A DNA stretch of 64,000 nucleotides from Gemmatimonadales bacterium (GCA_965249575.1 OZ252244.1:2944001-3008000), one strand, 5' to 3'. Positions 50,751 to 62,426 are shown, numbered from the stretch's first letter. The notes: generated by a model from the letters alone, not told the origin. Made by a program: numbers and translations.

Positions 50751-53700
50751 GAACACCGACCGACCAGCAGTGGGCCGCAGCCAGGGCCACCGACCGTCAC
50801 GTGCTCGTGTCGGCGGGGGCCGGCACTGGAAAAACCAACACCGTGCTCAGCCGGATTCTCTACCTGCTGGGTATGGAGATCCGGGGGGTGTCCGTCGGGG
50901 ACCCCATCGGACTCGGAGACGTTGCGGCAATCACGTTCACGAACGCGGCTGCCGCCGATCTGAAACACCGGCTGCGTCAGCATCTCCGGGAGGGCGATCG
51001 CCGCGAAGATTCTTTCCTCGTAGATACCGCCCGCATCGGAACCATTCACAGTTTTTGCGGGGAGATTCTGCGGGAGTTCGCCCTGCGATCGGGGCGCGCT
51101 CCGGCCGGAGAGGTCCTCGACGAAGCCCTCTCCGACGGTTTGACAGCCGAGGTCGTTCGAGATGCGGTCTTGGGTGCGATCGAAGAGGACGCCGTCTCGG
51201 GCCTCAGCGAACTGATTGCCGAGCGCTCCGTGGCGGAGATTCAGCGCTACGTGACGCAACTGGTGGGAGACAGTGACCGTCTGCAAGCGATCGACCGGGC
51301 GCGGGAGACCCTGGAAAGCCGGGAACGAACCATCGTGGATCTCGCACTACGGACGCTCCGACTGTTTGAGCGGAGGCTGGGCGAGCGGCTCGCCGTGGAT
51401 TTCGACCGGATGATCGTGTGGACCCGCGACCTGCTGCGAGATGACGCCGCTGCTCGTCGCGCGCTGCAGCGTCGCATCAAGGTGCTGATCGTCGACGAGT
51501 TCCAAGACGTCGATCCGGTTCAACGGGAGATCGCCTACCTCCTGGGCGACCCGCTCGGGGGACGGGAGGACACGACGCGCCTCATGTTCGTGGGCGATCC
51601 CAAGCAGAGCATCTACCGCTTCCGGCGGGCCGATGTCACGGTCTGGGGCGAGGTAGAGCGCGATTTCCGCGAGGGCGACCGCGGGCTCGTGGTGAGTCTC
51701 TCCGAAAACTTCCGCAGCACGCCTGCCATTCTCGGGTGGGTCGATGCGACCGTCGGCGCGCTCCTGAACCAACCGTTTGCCGGGAATGGGCCAGCGAGCT
51801 ACGAGGTGCGATACGAGCCGTTGGTGCCGGCGGTCGGCGATGGCGCGGGGCCACCGATCGAGATAATCGCGATTCCCCCACGCGAGAACGGCCGGACGCA
51901 AACAGCGGCAGCCGTCCGGCGCCTCGAGGCGCGGGCGATGGCCGAGCGCGCCCGCGCGCTGCATGGGACCGGCATCGAGTGGCGGGATATGGCCGTCCTG
52001 CTCCACGGGTGGCACGCGCTCGACGTGTATCGCGATGCGCTGACGGGCGTGGGCGCACCGGTGCGTGCTTTCCGCATGGAGGGTTTTTACCGGAGGCGCG
52101 AGGTCGTGGACATGATCGTTGCGCTCCAGGCGGTGCGAGACCCATTGGACGACCGGGCGCTCCTCGGGTTTCTGCGTAGTCCGTTCGTTGGGTTGAGAGA
52201 CGAAACGTTGCTCGCCGTTGCCCGTCAGAACCGCTCGCCGTACTGGGACGGTCTCGCCGAGGTCGACGCCGCCGCCGACAGCGAGTTGCTTCGATGGGGA
52301 CACGAGCTGCTCGGGCGGCACGTTCGCGTCCGCGACCGCATGCCGATCGACACGCTGCTCGAGAGCCTCCTCGAGGAGAGCGGGTACGTGGCTCACCTCC
52401 TTCTCCTCGGTGACGAGCACGTTCAGGCGGCGGCCAACGTGCGGAAGTTCGTCCGGCTGGCCCGCAGCGCCGCCCACGCCGGGCTCGGGGAGTTCTTGAG
52501 AGGCCTGGCCGCGCTCAGGGCACGGGGGGACCGCCAGGGGGACGCACCGATCGACGGAGGCGCGGGTGACTCGGTGACGATCACGTCGGTCCATAGTGCG
52601 AAGGGTCTGGAGTGGCGGGTCGTGTTCTGGTGCGATCTCGTTCGCTACTTCTCGATGGGCCAGGGAACTGGGCTCCTCGTCGGCAGAGACTCGATCGCGC
52701 TGAAAGATCCTGAGCTGTCGAGTTCAGAGCAGAGTGCGGGGTGGAAGGCACTCAACGCGACCATCGAGCGGGAAGAAATGGCCGAGCGCAAGCGGGTGTG
52801 GTACGTCGCAGCCACCCGGGCCAAGGAACGGCTCGTGCTCGCCGGGCTTCCCCTGGGGACGCGGCCGAGCAACCGTTTCCAAACGCCGGCCGATTACCTG
52901 ATGAGCGTACTACCCGAAGCCGATATTGCGGCCGGCTCGAATTTCCGGTACGAGTCGTCCCGCGGCGACGTGTTCGAGGCGGTCGTCGAACACGCGAGCA
53001 CGGCTGCCCCGACAGCGGCCGCCGCCGCCAGTGAGTCGCTGGAGCCGCTGGAGAGCCTTGCGGGGCCATTGCCCTCGATTTCAGTTCCAGCCGGCCGGCG
53101 CCGGCATTCCGCCAGCGAGGCGCTCGCCTTCTCGCGTTGCCCCAGGCGGCACTGGTTCAAGTAGGTGGCCGGCCTTCGGGAGCCACCCATCGACCGGTCG
53201 GGTTCGGACTTCATCGATGCGGTGAAGCGCGGGCACATCGTCCACGATGTCCTGGAGCGCCTGGAAGCGGACGCGGACCTCGAGTGGCTGCTCGAGGACG
53301 CGATCGGCCGATGGGACCAGACCGCGCCGCCGCCTGAAGGCAGTGAGGGCGTCGAGTATCGCGCGCACCTGCGCGAGGAAGTCGAATCGGTAGCGCACCA
53401 TCCGGCGTATCGGGCGGTGGCTGATCTTCCTACCGCCCGCCGCGAGTTGGGCTTTCTGCGGATCGAAGACGACGGCGCGATCTATCAGGGTCGGGTCGAT
53501 CTCGCCGGTTCCGAGGGTGACCGCCTGGTGCTTCTTGACGTGAAGACGACGCAGTGCACCGCAGCGGCGGTCGCGGCGCGCGCGTCCCAGTACGCCCGCA
53601 ACGAGACGTGTACGTCTCGTCCGTCGAGGGCATTAGTGGGCTCGAGGTCGATCGGTTCTCCTTTCAGTTCTCACGCGCAGGCTCTCAAATCGCGACAACC

Positions 53701-53889
53701 ATTTCGGATGAAATCAGAACCCAAGCGGCGGAGAGCCTCGACGCGATGCGAAGCGCAGTGGCCCGAGGAGAAGCGCCGCTCACCCAGCACCCGGCGGAGT
53801 GTCGGTTCTGTGGCTACAAGAGGGTGGGGTGGTGCCCCGGCGTCCACGATGAGCGTGGCGAAGGGCGTGAAACGTCACAGGGTCTCTAG
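50741..53889 (+). CDS. addA: AddA-like UvrD helicase-nuclease; in-frame TAG at 53162, frameshift near 53596
   Basis: AGAGTGKT, ITFTN, TIHSFC, VDEFQD, VGDPKQSIYRFR, NFRS, HSAKGLE, YVAATRA, GRVDL, LLDVK. Confidence 0.85.
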
Positions 53890-53898
53890 CGGACGTCC

Positions 53899-54962
53899 GT
53901 GATGGGCTCGGATCTGAAATCGCTCATCGCGGGCTGGGAGGGTCTCGGCGTCGTCGCCCGATACGATCGCCCAGCCGCCGCGTGGATCTCATCGCGTTGC
54001 ACGATGCGAGGTTGGGGCAGCCGACCGGTGGCACGCGCATGCGCGCGTACCGTCGGCCCGAGGACGGATTGGTCGACGCCTTACGACTGGCCGAAGGGAT
54101 GACCCAGAAGTGGGCTGCGGCCGATGCGCCCTTCGGAGGCGGGAAAGGCGTGCTGGCGCTGAGCCGGGTCCTCGACCGCCGCGAGACGGACGCCCTGCTT
54201 CGCCGTTACGGACGTCATGGCGAGGCGCTCGGCGGCGCCTTCGCCACTGCGCCGGACATGAACGTGGGGCCCGACGAGCTCGCCGTGATTGCCGGGGAGA
54301 CGCAGTACGTCCACTGCTACGACCGCGTTCAGGGAAAACCGGTTGATCCCGGTCCGTACACCGCGCTCGGGGTGTTCGTGTCGATCAAGGTAGGCGCCCG
54401 GCACCAGTTCGGATCTGACGCGCTCGAGGGCCGCTCGGTCCTGGTGCAGGGAGTGGGGGTTGTTGGCGGTCCGTTGTGCCGCTTGCTCCGGGACGTGGGG
54501 GCTAGCGTCTATCTGAGCGATCTCAACGTGGAGCGGGCGGAACGCGTCGCGGCGGACGTCGGCGGTGGGGTGGTCCGACCCGATGAGGCACCCGATTTCG
54601 CCTGCGATGTCTACGCGCCGTGTGCTGCGGGTGCGGTGCTCAACGCCCGCACGATACCGCGGCTGCGATGCAAGATGGTCGCCGGATCTGCCAACAACCA
54701 GCTCGACGAGGTAGAAGATGCGGAACGCCTGCACCAGCTCGGCATCCTGTACACGCCCGACTTCGTGGTCAACGCCGGTGGCGCCGTCGGCATCGCTACC
54801 CTGGAGGACACCGGTTCGGAAGCGGCGGCGCGGGCGCGGGTCGAGGAGATCGGGCCGAGGTTGTCCACCATCCTTGCCGAAGCGTTGGAGAGAGGTGAGT
54901 CGCCGGTGCACGCGGCACGGCGGCAGGTGGAACGCGTGCTGGAGCGGGCCCGGACGAGCTGA
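53899..54962 (+). CDS. Glu/Leu/Phe/Val dehydrogenase; frameshift near 53988
   Basis: GGTR, GMTQK, GGGK, GSANNQL, PDFVVNAGG. Confidence 0.87.
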
Positions 54963-55002
54963 CTGAAGCTGCAGCAACGACGGCGAGGGCGGCGCTCGGG
55001 AC

Positions 55003-56820
55003 TCAACTGTCCTCGGATTCTACGACTATCTCTCGCACCACAGTGATCTCCGCGCCGCTTCGCAGTTCGATATCGAGTCTGAGCGCGTAGGTCCCGTCCG
55101 AGAGGTCCGGCAACCGGACATCCAGCGACCGGCCGAAGATCGCTCGATCGGCGGGGGTCGCCTCCTCCCACGCGATGCTCAAGAGGGGGTCGCGCCTCCC
55201 GGCGAGCTTCGCGAATTCCACGGCCTTTCGTAGCCAGCTGCTGCTGGTCTTGACGAGGGTGAGCGTTGTGGAGATCAGCTGCGGTCCCTCGAGCCCGACG
55301 ACCTCCCAGTAGAGACCGACGCGGTCGCCGGACAGCACGCGAAGCGATCCTCGGGTGCGGGGTATTGCGGCTGCCAGGGAGTCGATGGGCTCGGTTTGCC
55401 GAACCTCGTTCCCGCTCAACACCAGTAGGTCGGAGACTGCGGGGGAGCCCTTCGTCCACTCGGGGCGTGTCAGCCAGTAACGCGAGCGGCCGGCGAGTTG
55501 GTCGCCTGGACTCAGTGCTTCGATGCTCACGAGCAGGTCCAGTGCTTCGGTCCTTGCCACGAGCGCGTCGGCGGTGGCGGCATCTCTCTTCTCGACGAGT
55601 ATCACCGGCCCCCGCTCGTTCGGGGCGAGCGCGAGAGCAGCCCGAACCGCGCGACCGGGGGACAGGCTATCGCTGTGGAGATCGTAGGCGCTTACGACGA
55701 CCATGCTGTCGCCTCGGGGGAAAACGGCCATCTGGTGCTCCAGCTCTTCAAACGAGCGCGCGTAGGCCGGTCCGTATTCAGTGCGTGCGCGCTCGTGTTC
55801 GAGCGGCCACTTGCCGGGCTGGATCCGGCTCAGGTCACGCGTGAATCCCGGCTCCGGGAGAAAACGCCGGCCGGCGGTGTCGTAGCGCGAAGCGATGAAA
55901 ATCGCACGGTGGCCGACCGTGCCCGTCGTGGGTCGGATACGGGCCTGCGTCACGGGCGTTCCGTAACGGACCAAAACTCGCTCGAGGTCGTCTCCCCACC
56001 TCAATCCGTCGGACGGCTCGGAGTGGGCGCTCAAATGGCTTTGCAGGTGCCGCGTGTAGTGCTCGGTCAGGCGATCGTTGCCGGCGACGAGGTACAGCGG
56101 ATCCGCGAGCCACCAGAAGCGCGTCTCCAGTGAATCGCGGGCCTCGCACGACAATGAGCGGTAGTCGCCCTTTGCCCCGCCGCTCAGGAAGGGTGAGAGA
56201 TCGCGCCAGCGGCAGCGCTCCTCGCGAGGCATTCGCGCCAACGCGAGTGTGTAGAGGGATTCCGCCGCGACGAACTCCTGATCGGCGTGTCGCACGAAAC
56301 CGCCGAGCGCCACGCACCACCACTCTTGCGGTGGGGCGCACTGGTCCGCCGCCGCTATGGCCTCCCGGTTCCGGCCTGATGCGACGAGATACTTCACCCG
56401 CTGGCCCGCGATCCAGTGATCCCCCGGGAGCCGGGCCGCTGCGCTGTCGAGGCGAGCCACCAACGCATCGCGCAGTGGCCGCACCTCCGGTGGCTCCGCC
56501 TTGCCATTCCAGCTGCTGTCACCGCTGTCGATGGTGAACAGGCAGAACTGGCCGTCGATGCGCAACGAAATGACCTCCTCGCAGCGGCCGGGTGTGCTGG
56601 GATGTTTCCACGGCAACATCAACCTACGCTGGCGCTCAAAGCGCTTCTGCTCCGCTCTAGCGCGTCGGGAGATTTGCTTGGAGTCGGCGGGGGTAGCGGG
56701 AACAACCGGTACCTGACTCACAACCAGGTTGTCCGACGGGAGCGATGAGCCAGTGAAGGCCAGCGCAACCCCGGTGCTCCCGAAGAGTGCCGTGGCGAGT
56801 ACGACAGCCGTGAACAACAT
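55003..56820 (-). CDS. Secreted protein with a GWxTD-like domain and TPR-like region
   Basis: Signal MLFTAVVLA; RFWWLADPLYLVAGNDRLTEHYTR. Confidence 0.6.
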   Translation of the reverse strand: MLFTAVVLATALFGSTGVALAFTGSSLPSDNLVVSQVPVVPATPADSKQISRRARAEQKRFERQRRLMLPWKHPSTPGRCEEVISLRIDGQFCLFTIDSGDSSWNGKAEPPEVRPLRDALVARLDSAAARLPGDHWIAGQRVKYLVASGRNREAIAAADQCAPPQEWWCVALGGFVRHADQEFVAAESLYTLALARMPREERCRWRDLSPFLSGGAKGDYRSLSCEARDSLETRFWWLADPLYLVAGNDRLTEHYTRHLQSHLSAHSEPSDGLRWGDDLERVLVRYGTPVTQARIRPTTGTVGHRAIFIASRYDTAGRRFLPEPGFTRDLSRIQPGKWPLEHERARTEYGPAYARSFEELEHQMAVFPRGDSMVVVSAYDLHSDSLSPGRAVRAALALAPNERGPVILVEKRDAATADALVARTEALDLLVSIEALSPGDQLAGRSRYWLTRPEWTKGSPAVSDLLVLSGNEVRQTEPIDSLAAAIPRTRGSLRVLSGDRVGLYWEVVGLEGPQLISTTLTLVKTSSSWLRKAVEFAKLAGRRDPLLSIAWEEATPADRAIFGRSLDVRLPDLSDGTYALRLDIELRSGAEITVVREIVVESEDS

Positions 56821-57001
56821 CGCGTCGATGATAGTACGCCCACGGCAAGTAAAGGTGCCGTCGATCCGTGCGGAAGGGGACCTGGCGTTTACCTCTTCGG
56901 CTACTCTTGCTACAATCGATTCTACAAGGGGCCACGGCGCGATTAGATCACCCCCAGGGTGATCCGGGTAGGGGTTCCGAATCTCAGCGAAGGAGTGGTC
57001 A

Positions 57002-57769
57002 ATGAGGTTGATGGGCAAGCTCGCCGTCGTGACCGGCGGAGGCGCGGGAATCGGCAAGGCCATCGCGCTGCGGCTCGCGGAAGAGGGCGCAGACATCGTC
57101 ATCGGAGATATCGACGAGTCGGCAGCGGGGAATGCCGTGGCGCAAATCACGGCCCTCGGCCGCCGGGCCGTGTCGGTTCTCACTGACGTGACGGACAAAG
57201 GACAGATCGAGTCCCTGATGGGCAATGCACGCCAACTCGGGCGCGTCGACATCCTCGTCAACAACGCCGGTGTGGAACACGTCACGCCACCGCTGGAAAT
57301 CGGCGAGGCGGAGTGGGACCAGATCCTCGCCGTGAATCTCAAGGGAACGTTTCTGTGCAGCCAGGTCGTGGCCGGGGCGATGATCACGGACGGTAACGGA
57401 GGCAAGATCGTAAACGTCGGGTCGATCGCCGGTATCCGCGCGCCAAGGAACGGGCCCCACTACGCGTCGTCAAAAGCGGGTGTCCACATGTTGACAAAGC
57501 AGTTCGCCTTGGAGCTGGCTCAACACAACGTCACGGTGAATGCCGTCGCTCCGGGCGTCATCAAGAACGGGCTCAGCACGCGGCACTCGCTGTCCGATCC
57601 GGAACGCGCCGAACAGATAGGGCGAAGCGTCCCGCTGGGGCGGCTCGGCTCCCCCCGCGACGTCGCAAACGCCGTGCTCTTCTTGGCCTCCGCCGAAGCG
57701 GACTACATCACCGGCACGGTGCTGCCGGTTGACGGCGGGTTTCTGATTGCCGGCATCCGGGTGAGCTGA
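57002..57769 (+). CDS. SDR family oxidoreductase
   Basis: TGGGAGIG, NNAG, YASSK; AAGGAG RBS. Confidence 0.95.
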   Translation: MRLMGKLAVVTGGGAGIGKAIALRLAEEGADIVIGDIDESAAGNAVAQITALGRRAVSVLTDVTDKGQIESLMGNARQLGRVDILVNNAGVEHVTPPLEIGEAEWDQILAVNLKGTFLCSQVVAGAMITDGNGGKIVNVGSIAGIRAPRNGPHYASSKAGVHMLTKQFALELAQHNVTVNAVAPGVIKNGLSTRHSLSDPERAEQIGRSVPLGRLGSPRDVANAVLFLASAEADYITGTVLPVDGGFLIAGIRVS

Positions 57770-57845
57770 AGGCCGGCAGCCACGCACTTACACGACAGGG
57801 GAGACCAATTGGTCTCCCCTGTCGTGTCGGAACTCCGTGTGCTCG

Positions 57846-60800
57846 TTAGAATCCCGGCGAGAATCCAAACTGCCAGACGTGGCTCTTGTTCGGCCGGCTG
57901 AAGGGTCGGACGTAGTCCAGCTCGAGGATCGCAAAGCCGAACAGGTTGAACCGCAACCCGACGCCTGCACTGTACACGGGGCATCGGACCGTGAGCGTGG
58001 AGCACCCGCCGCTGGAGTCGCTCAGGCGGATCCGGTCACCACTGTCCCAGGCCAGTCCGGCGTCGCCGAAGATGGCCACCTCCAGCGGGAGCGCGCCGAA
58101 GTACCCGCCGCCGATGCCCAGGACGCCAAACAGCGGGAAGCGCAGCTCCATGTTCGCTACCGCCATCTTGGAGCCCAGCAGCCGGTCGAAGGCGGGGCAC
58201 GTGCTCTCGGCACTCGCCACGCACTCGGAAACGTCGAATGACCCGGTGTTGTAGCCCCGGACGAACTGCTGCCACCCGATGAAGAGCGGTGACAGAACCG
58301 AATCCCGCTCGATGCTCGAGCCGTAGCGGCCGAAGTGCATGAGGCGGGTCGCTAAGGTGAACGGCCGCTTCGGCATGAAGTACTTTCGGTAGTCCGTGAG
58401 GAACTGGACCATGTTGATCGAGCCGAGGACCGGGGTGGCCTCGATGCGATACCGCTGGCCGATGATCGGACTGGTTATCCCGAAGAGGGAGTTGTCGTAG
58501 ACCAGCGCGACGCTCGTTTGGGCCAGATTGAGCGCGTTCGGGGTAGGCAGGTTGATCTTCTCATCCGCGATCTCGAAACCGGTCTGGATATCGAACGTCT
58601 TCGTCCGAATCTCGCGGTCGAAGGTGATGCGCGAAATGCCCCCCTGGAACTCCAGGCGCTGGACCCGATTGAACGGATATGATGCGATGCCAGCGAGCTG
58701 GCGGTTGGTCTGGCGGAACCGAATAAGTTGCTCGATGAATACCGTTCGGCCCGTGCTGTCGACGGCAAGGCCCTGCCCGAAACCGCCGGTGAGGATCGGC
58801 ACTTGCTGGCCCACCACACCCCAGTTCATGCGCTTCCGGACGTTGGTGTATACCACCGCTCCGAGGATGTCCTGGACCGTGCCGTTGACCTGGAGCACGG
58901 TTGCCAGGTTGTGCTCGCCCAGCATGTCGCTCCAGAAGGCCGACGCGCCGCCACCGATGAATGTGCCGTAGGAGTCCACACCGGCGGACAGGTACGGCTG
59001 CCCGAGGTAGTCCAGCGAGATCTTGCTCTTGTAATCCGAGTTGGCGAACTCCGCCGTCTGCGCGAGCCCGGTCACTGGATCGTCCAGATAGGCTACGACA
59101 CCTCCGCGGCTTCGACTGGCGGGAGGCAGCACGGCGGCGTTGCCCTGCGGGAACGGTGCGAGTGGCTCGGTCCCGGCCAGCGTCTCGGTGGAGTCGATCC
59201 CGTAGATGGCGTACTGGCCGTCGTCAAAGACGCTGTAGGCGATGTTGCCCGATTGTGACGAGACGCTCAGGGCGGGGCTCAGGGCAGTGATGCCGCTGAT
59301 TCCCGTGTACAAATGGGTGACCTGATAGAGCTGGGTCTCTAGATCGGTCACCGACGCCAGCGTCGCTACCGGCCCGCCCGGGAGGCCGACGCGGTAGATG
59401 TTCGGGACACCGTTCCGGTCGGAGATGAAATAGAGGCTCTTGCCGTCCGGGGACCACTGGGGATTGACGTTCTTCCCGTCGTCTGCGCCAACCACACGGG
59501 TTACCGATCCATTGCGAGGGTCGACGACGGCCAGCCGGTAGTTTCCAAAGTCCAGCCGGCGGATGTCGGACGAAAACCGATCGGTGACGAACGCAATCGC
59601 CCGTCCGTCCGGGGACCACGCCGGTTGCAGTTCGGCAAACTGATCGTTGGTGAGACGCGAAAGGGCGTTCGCCTCGAGATCGTAGATGAAGAGGTCGAGC
59701 ACGCCGCCGACGAGCGCGGAAAACGCGATGGACTTGTCGTCCGGCGACCAGGTGGGGTTGAAGATCTCACCCAAGTCCGGGAACTTGAGCTCCCGCGCCT
59801 TGGCTCCCGCTTCGATCGCCATGATCTTGATGATCGGCTTGCCCCGCACCACGGCCGCAAACGCGAAGCGCGTTCCGTCTGACGACCAGGCGCCCGCCGA
59901 GTTGATGAACTGCAAGCTCTCAAAGTGCGGATCGCTCGATGTCTTGGTGATCTTCCGGATGACCCGGCCTGTCTCGACGTCGGCCATGAACATGTCGATC
60001 GAGAAGAGGTTCCGCTCTGAGAGAAACACGATTCTCTTGCCGTCGGGACTGAGAGCCGGCGCCAAGTTGATCCGACCGAGCCCCTCGGAATTTGGTCCCA
60101 GCAAGAGACGCCCGTAGTCTTCCGGAACGTTGGTGACCTCGACCAGCGGGTCGTAGGCGGAGTTCAGGGCCTGGTGCCAGTCGCGGGAGAGCGTAGAGTC
60201 GTGCACGCCGAGTGTGCGCTCGAACACGCGGGCCAGATCGGGGAGCCTGCCGGCCCGCTTGAGCAGCCGGCCCACGACCTCGTCCCCCCACCGTCCCGCC
60301 ACATACGACCAGAACGCCTGCCCCCACCGGTACGGGAAATACTGGAAGCCACCCAGCTGCCGAACGGTCGGGAGCGTGTCGCGCGCGGCATCGCGCATCC
60401 ACATCGCGGTGTGGGGATCCACTGGGCCGATCGAGAGATACTCGGCCATGCCCTCAGAGAACCACAGGGGCAACCGGAACAGGCCGGGGATGTTGCCGGT
60501 CGCGACGGCCCGGCCCTGTCCGGTAATGTCGAACTGGAATGCATGTACCAGCTCGTGACCCAACACGTGGTCGGTTTCAGCGAGCGGCCCGGCCATGGGC
60601 AAGACGATCCGGCGCTTGAAGATTTCCGTGACGCCGCCGGTTGCCTCGTCGATCGATCCGGGGACGGCGTTGGTCTGCTCGAAGTCGGGATGGTCGGCGT
60701 AGAGAACCACGACCTGCCGACCGCGGAGTTCGTGGTCGAGGATCCGGGACAGCCGCGTGTACCACCTCTCGGCCATCCGAGCCGTTTGCTCGACCGCGTC

Positions 60801-60983
60801 CTTCTCGCTGGGATAGTAGTAGATGTCAAAGTGCTCGGTCTTGAGCACCTCGAAATCGAAGGTTTCGTACTGGACCTTATTGCGTCCGAAGTACTGACCC
60901 TCCGCCGTCGGCGCCGCCGGGCCCAAACTCCCTAGGCCGGCCGCGACGATCGAAAAGAGGGCGGTGCGAATCGAAAGCTGCAT
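57846..60983 (-). CDS. Peptidase-MA-like + TolB/PD40 repeats + Omp85 beta-barrel protein
   Basis: QYFGRNKVQY, HELVH, PLWFSEG, several WSPDG repeats, VRGY, C-terminal Phe. Confidence 0.87.
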   Translation of the reverse strand: MQLSIRTALFSIVAAGLGSLGPAAPTAEGQYFGRNKVQYETFDFEVLKTEHFDIYYYPSEKDAVEQTARMAERWYTRLSRILDHELRGRQVVVLYADHPDFEQTNAVPGSIDEATGGVTEIFKRRIVLPMAGPLAETDHVLGHELVHAFQFDITGQGRAVATGNIPGLFRLPLWFSEGMAEYLSIGPVDPHTAMWMRDAARDTLPTVRQLGGFQYFPYRWGQAFWSYVAGRWGDEVVGRLLKRAGRLPDLARVFERTLGVHDSTLSRDWHQALNSAYDPLVEVTNVPEDYGRLLLGPNSEGLGRINLAPALSPDGKRIVFLSERNLFSIDMFMADVETGRVIRKITKTSSDPHFESLQFINSAGAWSSDGTRFAFAAVVRGKPIIKIMAIEAGAKARELKFPDLGEIFNPTWSPDDKSIAFSALVGGVLDLFIYDLEANALSRLTNDQFAELQPAWSPDGRAIAFVTDRFSSDIRRLDFGNYRLAVVDPRNGSVTRVVGADDGKNVNPQWSPDGKSLYFISDRNGVPNIYRVGLPGGPVATLASVTDLETQLYQVTHLYTGISGITALSPALSVSSQSGNIAYSVFDDGQYAIYGIDSTETLAGTEPLAPFPQGNAAVLPPASRSRGGVVAYLDDPVTGLAQTAEFANSDYKSKISLDYLGQPYLSAGVDSYGTFIGGGASAFWSDMLGEHNLATVLQVNGTVQDILGAVVYTNVRKRMNWGVVGQQVPILTGGFGQGLAVDSTGRTVFIEQLIRFRQTNRQLAGIASYPFNRVQRLEFQGGISRITFDREIRTKTFDIQTGFEIADEKINLPTPNALNLAQTSVALVYDNSLFGITSPIIGQRYRIEATPVLGSINMVQFLTDYRKYFMPKRPFTLATRLMHFGRYGSSIERDSVLSPLFIGWQQFVRGYNTGSFDVSECVASAESTCPAFDRLLGSKMAVANMELRFPLFGVLGIGGGYFGALPLEVAIFGDAGLAWDSGDRIRLSDSSGGCSTLTVRCPVYSAGVGLRFNLFGFAILELDYVRPFSRPNKSHVWQFGFSPGF

Positions 60984-61232
60984 AGTAGTGGTCCCCCCCC
61001 ACCACCATGACAGCCCGGCGGCAGGATTCGTTAGCTCGCTCCTGCGATCCCCCCACACGTGAAAAAGCCGCAACACCGCGAAGGTGTTCCCGGCCCGAAC
61101 GTACACCCCCAAGCCCGTGGTCGACGGGCTCCACTTCCTACCCCGTACCTTAAAGAAGGGTTCACCCGACCGAATGCGCCAGGTGGGAGGCGGATCGGGA
61201 GGGGAGAAGACGGAGCTGCGGGGCGGATTTTC

Positions 61233-62426
61233 TCAGATCGCCGGGCGGCTGCCCTCACCGTAGCCCGTCAGCTCGACGAATCCCTGTCCTACCCTTGAAC
61301 CGGTAGCGGCGTCGTATACCCCGACCGCGCCCTCCCAGTAGAAGAGATCTCGTAGCCGGTCGCTCCGATTCTCCTGGTGCGGAAGCTCGGGCTCTACCCG
61401 CAATGACAGTGAAGCGCTTGGGACCTCGACGACCCAGCCGGCCGGGTAGCGTGTCCCAGTGGCGGGGCTGAGCCACTCCGAGGTAGCGGTCGCCGTCCAC
61501 CCGCCGGCCGCCAGAGGCCGCGCCCGGCCTTCGGAATCGATCATTGTGCCGCTCTCGAACGAGCTCGTGTTGGCTCGGTCGCGCACGCGGTAGAGCATTA
61601 CGTCACGACCGTCGTCCAATGAGAAGCTGAACCAGTCCCATCCCTGCTGGTCGGGCCCCAATTGATTCGAGCCGAATTCGCGGTCCATCCAACTCTGGCC
61701 CTGAACCGGCAGTTCCTCGCCTCCGATTGTCACCGTGCCCGAGGTTGTCAGCCGAGTGAAACTGTAGTAATGGCTGGCGGATGTCGGGCGGTCTCCTTTT
61801 CGGCTGTATCCTTCGACCCCGTGAAATGCCGCCGGCTTGGCGGGCCGAGTGCTCAGCCGAAAAGCGATTCGCTGCCGGTCGTCCCGTATGTCGAAATCGA
61901 AACCGGAGCCGTTCCACCGAAGGGCCCATTTGCCGGCCGTACCAGCCGGCGCGCGACTCCACGCGATTGTCGAGTCCGGATAGTCCGGGAACTGTCCCAG
62001 AATCGGTGTGGCGCGGTAGACCGTCTCACTGAACACGTGGCGGCCGGATTGGAAATCGGCGATCGCCGCATGTCCCATGACGACGTTGGCCGCTGTCCAG
62101 TCGGAGTCTAGGCGCGGTGCCTCGGGCAGCACGCCGACCCGGAAGAACGTGAGCTGGTACCCGAGCCGTCGCCCGGGGTCTCCGACCACCTCCAGGTGAC
62201 CCGTGAAATACCACCACTCAGTCTTAAAGCCGGGATGCGACCAGTGGTCGGCTGGGAAGGTCAAACGGTAGCCGCGCCGCGCCGGTGTCCACGAGGGAGT
62301 CGGGACGTCCGGCACCCCCCGCAGTACCTGGGTGACGCCGCTGAGTACGGCATCGCGAAGTGCCGGCTGTGCGCCGAGTATTGCGGTGGCCGCGGCGAGG
62401 GCCAACAGCGCTCGATTACAGGTCAT
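61233..62426 (-). CDS. AttH/CrtC-like lipocalin-domain protein
   Basis: EWWYFTG, YQLTFFR, YYSFTRL, WMDREFG, GWDWF, YWEG, GFVELTGY. Confidence 0.88.
   Translation of the reverse strand: MTCNRALLALAAATAILGAQPALRDAVLSGVTQVLRGVPDVPTPSWTPARRGYRLTFPADHWSHPGFKTEWWYFTGHLEVVGDPGRRLGYQLTFFRVGVLPEAPRLDSDWTAANVVMGHAAIADFQSGRHVFSETVYRATPILGQFPDYPDSTIAWSRAPAGTAGKWALRWNGSGFDFDIRDDRQRIAFRLSTRPAKPAAFHGVEGYSRKGDRPTSASHYYSFTRLTTSGTVTIGGEELPVQGQSWMDREFGSNQLGPDQQGWDWFSFSLDDGRDVMLYRVRDRANTSSFESGTMIDSEGRARPLAAGGWTATATSEWLSPATGTRYPAGWVVEVPSASLSLRVEPELPHQENRSDRLRDLFYWEGAVGVYDAATGSRVGQGFVELTGYGEGSRPAI

Noticed and set aside
53162..53164. Stop-codon recoding (TAG read-through in addA and at 43148)
   Set aside because: Internal stops involve TAA, TAG and TGA, and many intact genes end in TAG or TGA normally
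56821..57405. N-terminal 195 aa of the 800-aa minus-strand ORF
   Set aside because: Antisense shadow of the SDR gene; the signal peptide starts at 56820
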